64,000 bases of DNA from Chloroflexota bacterium (GTDB taxonomy: Bacteria; Chloroflexota; Anaerolineae; Ardenticatenales; JAADHH01): positions 8,969-72,968 of the forward strand of contig JAADHH010000041.1 in assembly GCA_013151955.1 (NCBI GenBank), written 5' to 3'. Positions 15,034 through 24,306 of this stretch are shown in pieces; the stretch's first letter is position 1; each line of letters begins with the position of its first letter. The position numbers and the translations under genes are program-made. A model generated the notes under the pieces. The model did no database searches. It was not told where the DNA came from and saw only the letters and a list, made by a program, of their open reading frames with translations.

Positions 15034-17244
15034 ATGTCATCAGCCATTGTCGGCCAGTCCATTCCTCGCGTGGATGCGCGCGCAAAGGTCACCGGTGAGG
15101 CGCTTTACCCCGGTGACCTCTTCCGCCCTGACATGTTGCAGATGAAAATCCTCTTTGCCGGTCGTCCCCATGCCCGCATCCGCGCCATCGAAACGTCCCA
15201 GGCCGCAGCCTATCCCGGTGTCGTGGCCCTGTTCACGGCCGACGACGTGCCGGTCAACGAATATGGCCTGATCGTCCCCGACCAGCCTGTCCTTTGTGGT
15301 GTGGGCGACAGGGTGCGCTTCATCGGCGACCAGGTGGCGCTGGTCGTTGCCGAAACCGAGGCGGCCGCCGCAGCCGCCCGCGACCTGATCCGCGTGGAAT
15401 ACGAAGACCTGCCGGCCGTCACCGATCCGCGCGAGGCTATGCGGCCCGGCACGCCGCAACTTCACGCCGATTACCCAAACAATACCCTCGTCCATTACCG
15501 TATCCGCAAAGGGGACGTGGACCGGGCCTTTGCGCAGGCCGACGTGATCATCGAGGGTGCGTATTACACGCCGCAACAAGAACATGCCTACTTGCAGCCG
15601 GAGGCCGGCCTGGGCTATATCGATGAGGCGGGCCGCGTGACGGTCGAAGTCGCCGGGCAGTGGACGCACGAAGACCAGGAGCAAATCGCGCACGCCCTGG
15701 ACCTGCCGCTCGACAAAGTGCGCGTGCGCTATGCGGCCATCGGCGGTGCCTTCGGGGGGCGCGAGGATATGTCCGTGCAAATCGTCCTGGCCCTCGCCGC
15801 CTGGAAACTGCGCCGACCGGTGAAGATCGTCTGGTCGCGTGAAGAATCGATCATTGGGCACCACAAGCGCCATGCCATGTTCTTCAAGACGCGCTGGGGG
15901 GCGACCCGCGAGGGCCGGCTCGTCGCTGCCCAGGTCGAAGCGGTCGCCGATGCCGGCGCTTATGCCTGCACCACCACGAAAGTTGTTGGCAATACCACGC
16001 TGATGTGTACCGGCCCTTACAACATTCCCCACATACACGTGGATAGCTATGCCGTCTACACCAACAACATCCCCGCCGGCGCATTCCGCGGGTTTGGTGG
16101 CCCACAGGGGTTGTTCGTCGCCGAGATGCAGATGAGCAAGCTGGCCGAAGCCCTGGAGATGGACCCGATTGAGCTACGCCGGCGCAACCTGCTCGGCGAA
16201 GGAGACCTCCTGTCGGTCGGCACACCCTTGCCCAAAGGCGTGACCATCGCCCAGGTGGTTGATACCTGTGCGCAACGCCTCGCCGAGGTGGCCGAAACGC
16301 CCCTCCCGGCCAGTTTCTCGTCCCCCCCCTGGGTTACGGGATGGGGGTTCTCCTGCGGTTTCAAGAACGTCGGCTTCAGCTTCGGTGCGCCGGAGCAGTG
16401 CATGGCGACCATCGAACTGCGTGGCAGCTCCGCGATCGAGGAGGTTGTGCTCTACCATGCCGGCGCAGAGGTCGGGCAGGGCGCACACACCGTCCTGGCC
16501 CAGATGGCCGCCGAAGCGGTGGGCGTACCGGTGGAGAACGTGCGCCTGGTCGTTTCGGATACGGCGACCAGTGGCGATTCGGGCAGCGCCTCCGCCTCGC
16601 GGATGACGTTCATGGCCGGCAATGCCATTCGGGGTGCTGCCAGGCTGGCCCTGGAGGCCTGGCGTGCCGCAGAACGTCCGGCCACCGGCACGTATCAATT
16701 TCGCCCCCCCCGAACGACGCCTTATGACCCGAAAACCGGCAAGAGCGAACCGAACTTTGCCTACGGGTACGTGGCCCAGGCAGTACAGGTGGCGGTAGAT
16801 ACGGAAACGGGTCAAATCCGCTTGCTGCAAGTAATCTCGGCGAACGATGTCGGGCGGGCGGTCAACCCGCAACTGGTCCAGGGCCAGATCGAGGGAGGGG
16901 TCGTGCAGGCGCAAGGGTGGGCTACGCTCGAAAATTTCATTGTGCGCGACGGCCAGGTGGAGACGCCACACCTCAGCACCTATCTCATCCCCACCGTCCT
17001 GGATGTGCCGGAGCACGTCGAGTCGCTGATCCTGGAATATGCCGACCCGATTGGGCCGTGGGGTGCGCGCGGCATGGGCGAGATGCCCTTCCTGCCATTG
17101 GCGCCGGCCCTGGTCGCCGCGCTCCACGATGCGACGGGCGTCTGGTTCGACGATTTGCCCATTTCGGCGGAGCGTATGGTGGAAACGTACGGGGACGGTA
17201 CACACAACCGTGTCGCGCAAGCGACACCTGGAAGAGTCGTGTAA
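15034..17244 (+). CDS. Molybdopterin-dependent hydroxylase large subunit (xanthine dehydrogenase / aldehyde oxidase / CoxL family)
   Basis: 736 aa. N-terminus VGQSIPRVDARAKVTGEALYPGD, GGAFGGRED and FRGFGGPQG motifs, and C-terminal GMGE. GAGGAG lies upstream of the ATG. Confidence 0.85.
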   Translation: MSSAIVGQSIPRVDARAKVTGEALYPGDLFRPDMLQMKILFAGRPHARIRAIETSQAAAYPGVVALFTADDVPVNEYGLIVPDQPVLCGVGDRVRFIGDQVALVVAETEAAAAAARDLIRVEYEDLPAVTDPREAMRPGTPQLHADYPNNTLVHYRIRKGDVDRAFAQADVIIEGAYYTPQQEHAYLQPEAGLGYIDEAGRVTVEVAGQWTHEDQEQIAHALDLPLDKVRVRYAAIGGAFGGREDMSVQIVLALAAWKLRRPVKIVWSREESIIGHHKRHAMFFKTRWGATREGRLVAAQVEAVADAGAYACTTTKVVGNTTLMCTGPYNIPHIHVDSYAVYTNNIPAGAFRGFGGPQGLFVAEMQMSKLAEALEMDPIELRRRNLLGEGDLLSVGTPLPKGVTIAQVVDTCAQRLAEVAETPLPASFSSPPWVTGWGFSCGFKNVGFSFGAPEQCMATIELRGSSAIEEVVLYHAGAEVGQGAHTVLAQMAAEAVGVPVENVRLVVSDTATSGDSGSASASRMTFMAGNAIRGAARLALEAWRAAERPATGTYQFRPPRTTPYDPKTGKSEPNFAYGYVAQAVQVAVDTETGQIRLLQVISANDVGRAVNPQLVQGQIEGGVVQAQGWATLENFIVRDGQVETPHLSTYLIPTVLDVPEHVESLILEYADPIGPWGARGMGEMPFLPLAPALVAALHDATGVWFDDLPISAERMVETYGDGTHNRVAQATPGRVV

Positions 17245-17245
17245 A

Positions 17246-19516
17246 TTGAAAGGACGTTTTTCGTTTCCAAAGGGATGGCTCACGTGGACGCTGCTGCTGT
17301 TCATGCTCCTTTGCGTGAGCTGGGCTATCGAAGCGGCAGGCTGGGCAGAGCATTTGAACTTGCTCCAATCGGCCGCCATCATCTCCCTGATCGTTGGCTA
17401 CCTTCTCGCCCGTTCCTCCTGGCCGGGCCCAATCGTACACTTGATGGGGGGATTGTCTGGCCTGCTCTGGGTGGGTTACCTGGGCACTACACTTTTTCCA
17501 CGCACAGAAAATTGGGGCCAACGTCTTGCACAATTGGTAATTCATGTCACCCTGTGGGCGGAAGCCGTCGCAAATGGAGGCAATAGCGCAGACAATCTCG
17601 TCTTTGTGCTTACGATGGCTCTGCTCATTTGGGGGCTGGGGTACATAGCGACCTGGCTGGTCTTTCGCCATCACAACGCCCTGGTTTCCGTAGTCGTCTT
17701 GGGTTCCGTTCTTCTGGTCAACGTGTATTACGCCCGGAACGACGAAACCGCATTTGTCTTGTTCTTTCTGGCGCTGGCCTTCTTGCTGATCATCAGAAGC
17801 AATCTCACCCTGCAAGAAGAAGAATGGCAGGCCGGCGACATCCGCTATAATCCTGACCTGGCCTTCTACTTCTTGCGGGACGGAGCCTTTCTGGCCGTGA
17901 TCGTGATAGCCATGGCCTGGTTTGCCCCGGCCTCGCTCACCGATCCGCGGCTGACTCCGCTGACCGCGCGTTTGGCCCGGCCTTGGCACCAAGTGCAACA
18001 ACATTGGAGCAAACTCTTTTCTTCCCTCCACTACGGGAAAAGTCAGCCGGGCACGACCTACTTTGGCACGACCCTCGCTTTTTCGGGGCCGGTGAATCTG
18101 TCGGACCGGGTGGTCATCAAAGTTCGCGCGGATGGCGGACGCTACTGGCGCGGTGCGGTATACGACAAATATTCCAGCGCCGGATGGGTCAACACAGACA
18201 ATGTCCTGCTGGAGGTGGGAAAACCGCCAACGCGATTGCCGGTCGTGCCATACCAGAAACGTCACCTGCTTACCCAAACCTACCAGTTGCTTTCTCCCAA
18301 CGGGAACCTGTTGTTCGCTGCGGCGCAACCGGCGCAAGTCAGCCTGGGCACACGGGCCTTGCTCACACCCCTCTCCTCCACGCCGGCAAGCCCGGGGCAA
18401 CCGGTGAACTCGGCGTCCATCTCGATGTTGTATAGCGTGGAATCTCTTTACCGGGGCCAGGAGTACCAGGTCAATTCGTACATCTCGTATGCCGATGTCC
18501 AAAGCTTGCGCCAGGCAGGCACCGATTATCCGGCCTGGGTACGTGCGCGTTATCTGGAACTTCCCGATTCCCTTCCGGAACGTGTGCGCCAGGAGGCTCG
18601 CCAAGTGGTTCGCGGTCTGGATACGCCGTACGATAAGGCCAAGGCCCTGGAGACCTTTTTGCGTGGGTTCCGGTACAACGAGGCCATCCCCGCCCCCCCC
18701 GCGGGCCAGGACGGCGTGGACTACTTCCTCTTCGATGTCCGCGAAGGATACTGCGATTATTATGCCTCGGCCCTGGCGGTGATGCTGCGCTCGGTTGGCG
18801 TCCCGGCGCGCATTGCGTCTGGGTATGCCCAGGGGGAGAAAAGCGCTTCAGACAATACGTTCATTGTGCGCGAGCGGGATGCCCACTCCTGGGTAGAAGT
18901 TTATTTTCCCGGATATGGTTGGGTGGAATTTGAACCTACGGCTGCGCAGCCCCCGATCAATCGTCCGGAAACCGGCACGGACCGGGAAACCACTGTGGGT
19001 GGTGCGCTGCGCCCAACGCCGGAGCCGGGCGAATCGACCGCTTCGCGCCTTGACCGGCTGCGGGACGTCTCTGCGCTTGGCGACGTACCGGCTACGGGCT
19101 TGCAAGAGGTGCTCCGTAAATCGGCCACCCGGATAGGCTGGTCTGCGCTTATTCTGGGCTTGCTTTCTGTGTTGCTCGGCGGGGTGGTTTGGCGCAGCAA
19201 GTGGCAACGGGAGCAACAGCATGCCCCGCTGGTGTTGAGCATATACCGCCAGGTGAAAGTGCTTGGCTTTCTTGGCGGGTTCCCGGCCCAGGAGTGGCAG
19301 ACGGTTCGTGAATATGCCGCTTCCCTCGCCGAGTACAGCCGGCTTTCAAAGGGTCTCCTGCTCCGTCTGGCCGATCTGGTTACGCAGCGGTTGTATGCTC
19401 CGGAGGGCCACAGCGAACACGAGGGGGCGGATCATCGAGAGGCCGAAACGCTGTGGCAACGTATTCGGTGGCCGCTGATTCGTTTTGCTTTGCGTCCTCG
19501 TTGGCCCCGGCGTTAG
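17246..19516 (+). CDS. Transglutaminase-like membrane protein (TgpA-like)
   Basis: Polytopic N-terminus followed by a transglutaminase core (EGYCDYYASALAVMLRSVGVPARIASGY...DAHSWVEVYFPGYGWVEFEPT). The track start 17039 would overlap the upstream gene by about 200 nt. An in-frame TTG at 17246 lies just after the upstream stop, and the first ATG is at 17303. The start is uncertain. Confidence 0.75.
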   Translation: MKGRFSFPKGWLTWTLLLFMLLCVSWAIEAAGWAEHLNLLQSAAIISLIVGYLLARSSWPGPIVHLMGGLSGLLWVGYLGTTLFPRTENWGQRLAQLVIHVTLWAEAVANGGNSADNLVFVLTMALLIWGLGYIATWLVFRHHNALVSVVVLGSVLLVNVYYARNDETAFVLFFLALAFLLIIRSNLTLQEEEWQAGDIRYNPDLAFYFLRDGAFLAVIVIAMAWFAPASLTDPRLTPLTARLARPWHQVQQHWSKLFSSLHYGKSQPGTTYFGTTLAFSGPVNLSDRVVIKVRADGGRYWRGAVYDKYSSAGWVNTDNVLLEVGKPPTRLPVVPYQKRHLLTQTYQLLSPNGNLLFAAAQPAQVSLGTRALLTPLSSTPASPGQPVNSASISMLYSVESLYRGQEYQVNSYISYADVQSLRQAGTDYPAWVRARYLELPDSLPERVRQEARQVVRGLDTPYDKAKALETFLRGFRYNEAIPAPPAGQDGVDYFLFDVREGYCDYYASALAVMLRSVGVPARIASGYAQGEKSASDNTFIVRERDAHSWVEVYFPGYGWVEFEPTAAQPPINRPETGTDRETTVGGALRPTPEPGESTASRLDRLRDVSALGDVPATGLQEVLRKSATRIGWSALILGLLSVLLGGVVWRSKWQREQQHAPLVLSIYRQVKVLGFLGGFPAQEWQTVREYAASLAEYSRLSKGLLLRLADLVTQRLYAPEGHSEHEGADHREAETLWQRIRWPLIRFALRPRWPRR

Positions 19517-20733
19517 GCAGACAGTTCCTCGTTCTCGCGTTCCTCTATAATCGTACGCAATATTCCCAAGATTGCCTGGGAGACTCGATTGCGGGGCTCG
19601 GCTATCAAGACCGGTATGCCCCGGTTTGCCGACGCGGTGACCGTAGGGCCTCCGCTGGGAATGCGGTAGGTAATCGGCAGGGAAAGCCATTGTTCCACGT
19701 CTTTTGGGGATATACCTACACGTGAATTGTGCCGGTTGAGAACCACCTTCACTTGTCGTTCGTCATAACCCAGCGCATTCAATACGGCCAGGAAGTGGCG
19801 GGCGTTCTTCAGGGCCCCGATTTCGGGTACGACAATCAAGAGGGCCAGGTCGGCGGCTTCGAGTATGGTCAACGTGCGGTCGTCATACGATTGGGGGCAG
19901 TTGATCACGATCCAATCGAACAGACGCGGGAGCAAGACAAAGAGTTGCTGTAGGTGTTCGGAAGTGATCAACTCGGAGTGCTCTGGGCGCGTGGGGCCCA
20001 GCATGACGCGCACGCCGGTTTGCTCGTGGCGGGGCATTAGCCCCTTGACGAATTCTGCCTCCAGGGCATCAGCCCCAATATCGTTGTAAGCATCCGCAAA
20101 GTCGCTGATTGTGTGCGTGGGCTTGATGTCCAAGAGCAAGCCACAGTCGCCGAAACTGAGGTCCGCGTCCAGCAAAGCCGTCGAAGACTTGGTACTCATA
20201 CGCAACCCGACGGCGAGATTGATAGCCAACATGGTTTTGCCGACGCCTCCCTTGGCACCAAAAACAACGATGACCTTTCCTTTTTGGGTGATAGGCCGCA
20301 TCACAAGGGGGCCTGTGCCGGGAACCATTTTCTTGCGGCGTTCGCTACGTTCAGAACGTACGCGCTCGGCCACTTCGCGGATGGTTTCAACGAGCGTCGT
20401 GTTGTCAATCGGCTTGGTCAGATAACTGCGCGCACCGGCCATCATGCACCGCCGGAGATGCCACGTGTCGAAGGCTGTGGTCAGGACGACGACCGCCAGG
20501 TCCCTTTCGCGCGTGGTGTATTGCCAGATCGCCTTGGGACCTTCCATGTCCGGCAGGTCATCGGCAAGCAGGACGACGTCTATCTCTGTCGTTTGGAGGA
20601 TTTCCAACCCCTCGGACGCGGTCCCGGCTTGCCCCACAATCTGCATGTCGTGATGGAAGGAGAGCGTCGTGGTGAGGAGCGCGCGAATCTCCGGAAGTCG
20701 TTCGACAATTAGTATCCGATATGGATCGTTCAC
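19513..20733 (-). CDS. Response-regulator receiver fused to a ParA/MinD-type ATPase (CpaE/TadZ-like)
   Basis: REC: YRILIVERLPE...DVVLLADDLPDM. Deviant Walker A: VFGAKGGVGKTMLAINLA. GTG start at 20733. Its stop overlaps the convergent stop of the transglutaminase gene (TTAG at 19513-19516). Confidence 0.8.
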   Translation of the reverse strand: MNDPYRILIVERLPEIRALLTTTLSFHHDMQIVGQAGTASEGLEILQTTEIDVVLLADDLPDMEGPKAIWQYTTRERDLAVVVLTTAFDTWHLRRCMMAGARSYLTKPIDNTTLVETIREVAERVRSERSERRKKMVPGTGPLVMRPITQKGKVIVVFGAKGGVGKTMLAINLAVGLRMSTKSSTALLDADLSFGDCGLLLDIKPTHTISDFADAYNDIGADALEAEFVKGLMPRHEQTGVRVMLGPTRPEHSELITSEHLQQLFVLLPRLFDWIVINCPQSYDDRTLTILEAADLALLIVVPEIGALKNARHFLAVLNALGYDERQVKVVLNRHNSRVGISPKDVEQWLSLPITYRIPSGGPTVTASANRGIPVLIAEPRNRVSQAILGILRTIIEERENEELSA

Positions 20734-20752
20734 GGGTTTTTCCTTTACTTTG

Positions 20753-20844
20753 GTATCTTCTCAATAATCCGTGGTAGGGGCATAGCCTTGCGCTTGCCCC
20801 GTAGGGCGACCGCAAGGGATCGCCCCTACTTTTTGAGAAGATAC
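20753..20844. mobile_element. MITE family A, copy 3 (92-bp deletion derivative, opposite orientation)
   Basis: TIR gtatcttctcaa ... ttgagaagatac. Perfect 8-bp target-site duplication ttactttg at 20745-20752 and 20845-20852. It lacks the internal tandem duplications of copies 1 and 2. It sits 20 nt upstream of the GTG start of the REC-ParA gene. Confidence 0.8.
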
Positions 20845-20902
20845 TTACTTTGAACATAGCGGTCAGGCCACAGACGTGCCGGGCGAAGGCCCGCCTGTGT
20901 AG

Positions 20903-21056
20903 TTTGACAATGTCACATTTCCTTGCACGGCGGTTGAAACCGCGTGCTACCGGTGGCGAAGGCCACCTGCGTGGCCTCGTTTAGCTGCCGCAGGGCAGCT
21001 TCGCCCCACGTAGCCGCGAATTCATTCGCCAGGCGTTCGAATGTGACATTGTCAAA
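20903..21056. other. 154-nt highly structured element closed by a perfect 17-bp inverted repeat
   Basis: tttgacaatgtcacatt (20903-20919) pairs with aatgtgacattgtcaaa (21040-21056). At least four internal hairpins: gcacggcgg-ttgaaa-ccgcgtgc, cgaaggccac-ctgc-gtggcctcg, agctgcc-gcag-ggcagct, and gcgaa-ttca-ttcgc. Could be an ncRNA, a terminator complex or a MITE-like element. Single copy in this window. Confidence 0.6.
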
Positions 21057-21091
21057 GTAGGCAGGTCGCCCGACGGTACGTGCGACCACGG

Positions 21092-22642
21092 TCACGAACG
21101 GTGCTGCTTGAAAGGGATTTCCAGCATGACTCGCGTGCCCTTGCCCAGCCACGTCTTTATCGCCCAATGGGCCTCGATCAACTCTGCGCGCTCACGCATG
21201 TTCAGCAAGCCAAAACTGTATCGCTGGTCGTAGGTATCTTCGATCTGTTCCAGATCAAAGCCCAATCCGTCGTCTTGCACTACGACCGCCAGGGAATCAT
21301 GCTCCTTCTGAAGCGTGATCGAGATGTTGCGGGCCGATGCATGCTTGCGCGCGTTCTGTATCGCTTCCTGAAGTATTGCAAAGACGATGCGTTGGGTCTT
21401 CGTTGGCAATTCATTCGCAGCCGGCGTAACGTCCAGGGAAAAAGTGATTCCAGGGGTGGTGTCACGCAATTGCTCAATATATGATTCTAAGGCAGCCACC
21501 AGGCCTTTGGTTTCCAGAACAATGGGGCGAAGCCCAAAGATCAAAGACCGGGCGTCTCGAACTGCCTGTCGCACCATCGCTCGCAGGCTATCCAACTCTT
21601 CTTTGACGTTGGCCAGCGGGCTTCCCTGCTCCATCAAGGTTGCTATCTCGTCGATGTTTATGATCATAGCTGTGAGCAACTGGACCAGACCATCGTGCAG
21701 GTCGCGGGCCAGTTCACGGCGCACTTCTTCCTGGGCGTCGATGATGTGGTCTCGCTCTTCTCGCAGACTCTCGTACAGGCGCGCATTTTGTACGGCGACA
21801 GCGATCTGTGAGGCGAAAACATTGAGCAACCGCGCATCCGACATCGTGTAGTTGGGGCGTCCCTTGAGCCGGCTGACGTTGAGCACGCCCAGATACTGTT
21901 CCTTGAAGGTCAGGGGAACGCTCATGGCGGAGCCGATTTTCTTGCTCCGCGCACGGTTTGCGTAAGGCGTCTCCTCCAGTCCCCCCAAGAGAAGCAAGGG
22001 CTTCCCCTGCGTGACCACTTCACCCGAAATAGTCCCTTCGATGGGCACGCGGGTGCCCGGCGGAATGTCGCGCGATAGGCCCCGGTGTGCGGCAATCACC
22101 AGGTAGCCCTTTTCAATGTCTCTTTCGAGCAACATTACCGATACGGTATCGGGCTCGAAAGTCTGATCCACCTGCTTAAGGATTTCTCGAAATAGCGTCT
22201 CGATCTCCAGGTTGCTGGTCAGGGTGCGGCCCAACTCCATCAGGCGAATGAGTGCAGAGAGATGGGCCTTGTCCTCCCGCCAATTGCGTATTTCCAACCA
22301 ACGGTTCACGGTCGTGGCAATGTCTGCGCTGGAACAGGGTTTGGCCAGGTAATCAAAAGCGCCCAGGCGCATGGCATGGGTGGCCGAAGAGACGGTTGCA
22401 TTTTCGGCCAGGACAATGACGTCTGAAGAGGGGTAATGCAGACTAATCTCATCGAGCAAGCCGGCCGTCTCTGAATCGGTACCCAGGAGTATCAGGCCAT
22501 ATTCCCGCTCGGCCAGAGCGGATATTGTCAGATCGGGGGAAGTGAGCTCCTGCACTTCCAGCGCAACTTGAGCGAGCACGCTCTTGCAAATCTCGCGCGT
22601 GGTTTCGTCCCGATCAACGACCAGCACATACGGTGCGGGCAT
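21092..22642 (-). CDS. Hybrid sensor: REC + GAF + HisKA_3/HATPase_c histidine kinase (NarX/LiaS-type)
   Basis: N-terminal REC-like region (YVLVVDRDETT...LILLGTDS). GAF-like middle. H-box DLHDGLVQLLTAM, N-box QEAIQNARKHA, G1 DDGLGF, and FGLLNMRERAELI. Confidence 0.8.
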   Translation of the reverse strand: MPAPYVLVVDRDETTREICKSVLAQVALEVQELTSPDLTISALAEREYGLILLGTDSETAGLLDEISLHYPSSDVIVLAENATVSSATHAMRLGAFDYLAKPCSSADIATTVNRWLEIRNWREDKAHLSALIRLMELGRTLTSNLEIETLFREILKQVDQTFEPDTVSVMLLERDIEKGYLVIAAHRGLSRDIPPGTRVPIEGTISGEVVTQGKPLLLLGGLEETPYANRARSKKIGSAMSVPLTFKEQYLGVLNVSRLKGRPNYTMSDARLLNVFASQIAVAVQNARLYESLREERDHIIDAQEEVRRELARDLHDGLVQLLTAMIINIDEIATLMEQGSPLANVKEELDSLRAMVRQAVRDARSLIFGLRPIVLETKGLVAALESYIEQLRDTTPGITFSLDVTPAANELPTKTQRIVFAILQEAIQNARKHASARNISITLQKEHDSLAVVVQDDGLGFDLEQIEDTYDQRYSFGLLNMRERAELIEAHWAIKTWLGKGTRVMLEIPFKQHRS

Positions 22643-22648
22643 ATTTTA

Positions 22649-23215
22649 TTACTCTTCTAGCTCAATTACAAATGTAACAGCCGTAGGCACGGGATCGCTC
22701 GTTCGCCGATCCAGTGTGGTGATGTTCACTTTGCGGAATTGACCCAGGTCTTGCAACGCGCGTGCGTAGGAAAGGGCCAGCGAAGCGCTGCCGGCCCACC
22801 CGCGGACCTTGAGTATGTCCCCTTCTTGGGTGATGTCTTCCACACGGGTTCGTGGAGGCAGGGCCTGGAGAATCGAGGCGGTGAATCCAGAGACATGGGA
22901 TTGACGATCCTGAAGGATGGCCCGCTCCCGCTCCAGGCGTTCCGTCTGGTGTTTCGTGTCTTGCAGGCTGCGTCCCAGGAGTTCTTTCTCGGCCAACAAA
23001 TCATCTGTGTGACGCACTTGTTCTCGCACGTAATCGAGCTTACCTTGAATATCACGAACTCGAGAGTCTCCCATTGATTTTAGTTGCCAAAGGGGCAGCA
23101 GCGTAGCCACGGCAAAAGCGATCAACAGCCAACCCAGCCAGGCACTCCGGCCGGTTGGTCGTTGGCGAGGCCGCTGTTCGGGAAGTAGGTTGAGGTCCAA
23201 AAATTTTGTCTGCAA
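22649..23215 (-). CDS. pilN: PilN-like type IV pilus assembly protein
   Basis: N-terminal LDLNLLPEQR signature, a single TM segment (WLGWLLIAFAVATLLPLW), a coiled-coil, then a C-terminal alpha/beta domain. Confidence 0.7.
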   Translation of the reverse strand: MQTKFLDLNLLPEQRPRQRPTGRSAWLGWLLIAFAVATLLPLWQLKSMGDSRVRDIQGKLDYVREQVRHTDDLLAEKELLGRSLQDTKHQTERLERERAILQDRQSHVSGFTASILQALPPRTRVEDITQEGDILKVRGWAGSASLALSYARALQDLGQFRKVNITTLDRRTSDPVPTAVTFVIELEE

Positions 23216-23229
23216 GGCGTCTCCAGCCT

Positions 23230-24138
23230 TCAGAATTGCTTCATGGCCAGCCCCAAACAGGTCAGGTACTGGGCCACCGGAAGGTCATCGGGACAGTCGA
23301 AAGGAGCCGGCGCAACCAGGCAGGGGTGTTCCATCGCTTCACGCAGCGCCGCTTGCAGCATGGGCTGGTCGGCCAATGACCCGCTCAGCCAGAAGGGCAC
23401 TGCGGCATGAATGTGCATACCCGTTCGTTTATTTCCATCCTGGGATAGCTCCAGATTTCGAGCAACAATCAGTTCCTGTAGTTCTTCGACAAGCCGGACG
23501 ATCTTGTCTGTGGTTGTGGAAACGGACGGGAAGTCCAGTGGCAGCACCCGCACCCTTTGGGGCAGCGCCCCATCCACAATGACCAGGGTCATGAGCAGCC
23601 GTTCCAGGTCTACGAGCACAGCATTTTGCTGGCCGGCCGCTCGAATCAGGGCCAGGGGCTTCAGGTCGACGGCAACCGGGTCAATCTCTGCCTGTTGCAG
23701 AGCGGTCAAATACGATTCCATGGCCACTTTTGGAATCACGAGCATGAAGAGATGTTGTCTCCCGTTCTTCTCTACAATTTGCCAGGCAAGTTGTCCCTTG
23801 TCCACCGGCAGCCACCGCGCGGCGATTTCGCGCGCGGCCTCGTCCGTCATCGCCGGGCCGTCCGCGTCCAGGGGAACCAAGCGCGAAGCCGTGCCGACTC
23901 CGGCAATACCCAACACAACGCGATTGCGTGACGCCTGGTGGTCCGAGATGAGTTTATTGACGATCTCGGCCAGGGCCGCACGATTCCGGACCTGGCCGCG
24001 CACCACGACACCTTCGGGGAGTGATGCAGAGCCCCATCGCACCACTTCTTCACCGATGATTCCGGCCAGCCGGACGGTATCGTCTTCTACCGAGAGCGCG
24101 GTTGTCTCGCGGCGAAGGAACGTTCGTAAACCCAACAT
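23230..24138 (-). CDS. pilM: PilM-like (actin-fold) pilus assembly protein
   Basis: PilM-like pattern (...RLVPLD...AREIAARWLPVD...LFMLVIPKVAMESYLTALQQAEIDPVAVDLKPLALIRA...). The track start 24276 would translate the family-C repeat (FWGESDGSPQNWG), so I use ATG 24138 (MLGLRTF...). Confidence 0.7.
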   Translation of the reverse strand: MLGLRTFLRRETTALSVEDDTVRLAGIIGEEVVRWGSASLPEGVVVRGQVRNRAALAEIVNKLISDHQASRNRVVLGIAGVGTASRLVPLDADGPAMTDEAAREIAARWLPVDKGQLAWQIVEKNGRQHLFMLVIPKVAMESYLTALQQAEIDPVAVDLKPLALIRAAGQQNAVLVDLERLLMTLVIVDGALPQRVRVLPLDFPSVSTTTDKIVRLVEELQELIVARNLELSQDGNKRTGMHIHAAVPFWLSGSLADQPMLQAALREAMEHPCLVAPAPFDCPDDLPVAQYLTCLGLAMKQF

Positions 24139-24188
24139 CAACTCCTTTTTTTCTGGTATGAAAATAGACGGCTTTCTGGCCCCCCTAA

Positions 24189-24236
24189 CCCCCCAATTCT
24201 GGGGGGAACCATCCGACTCCCCCCAGAATTGGGGGG
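24189..24236. repeat. Family-C palindrome (C6-AATTCT-G6 ... C6-AGAATT-G6)
   Basis: ccccccaattctgggggg (24189-24206) and its exact reverse complement ccccccagaattgggggg (24219-24236). A second, diverged copy lies at 59341-59400. Confidence 0.8.
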
Positions 24237-24306
24237 CGGGGGGGGCTTCCGACGTCCGCCGCTCCACGGTTTTCATCCTTGGTGGCGATCAGCCGCTCAT
24301 GATGAC

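Noticed and set aside
16174-18604. Minus-strand ORFs 16174..17382 (402 aa) and 16985..18604 (539 aa)
   Set aside because: They are antisense to the molybdenum hydroxylase and transglutaminase genes, both of which have clear family motifs. The products are Arg/Pro/Gly-rich with no recognisable domains.
20913-21167. 84-aa minus-strand ORF
   Set aside because: It overlaps the 3' end of the histidine kinase by 76 nt, and the remainder coincides with the palindromic 154-nt structured element. It has no ribosome-binding site or recognisable motif.
24139-24276. N-terminal 46 aa of the track's PilM ORF
   Set aside because: These residues are encoded by the family-C palindrome and repeat DNA (FWGESDGSPQNWG). 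The internal ATG at 24138 gives a normal PilM-like N-terminus.
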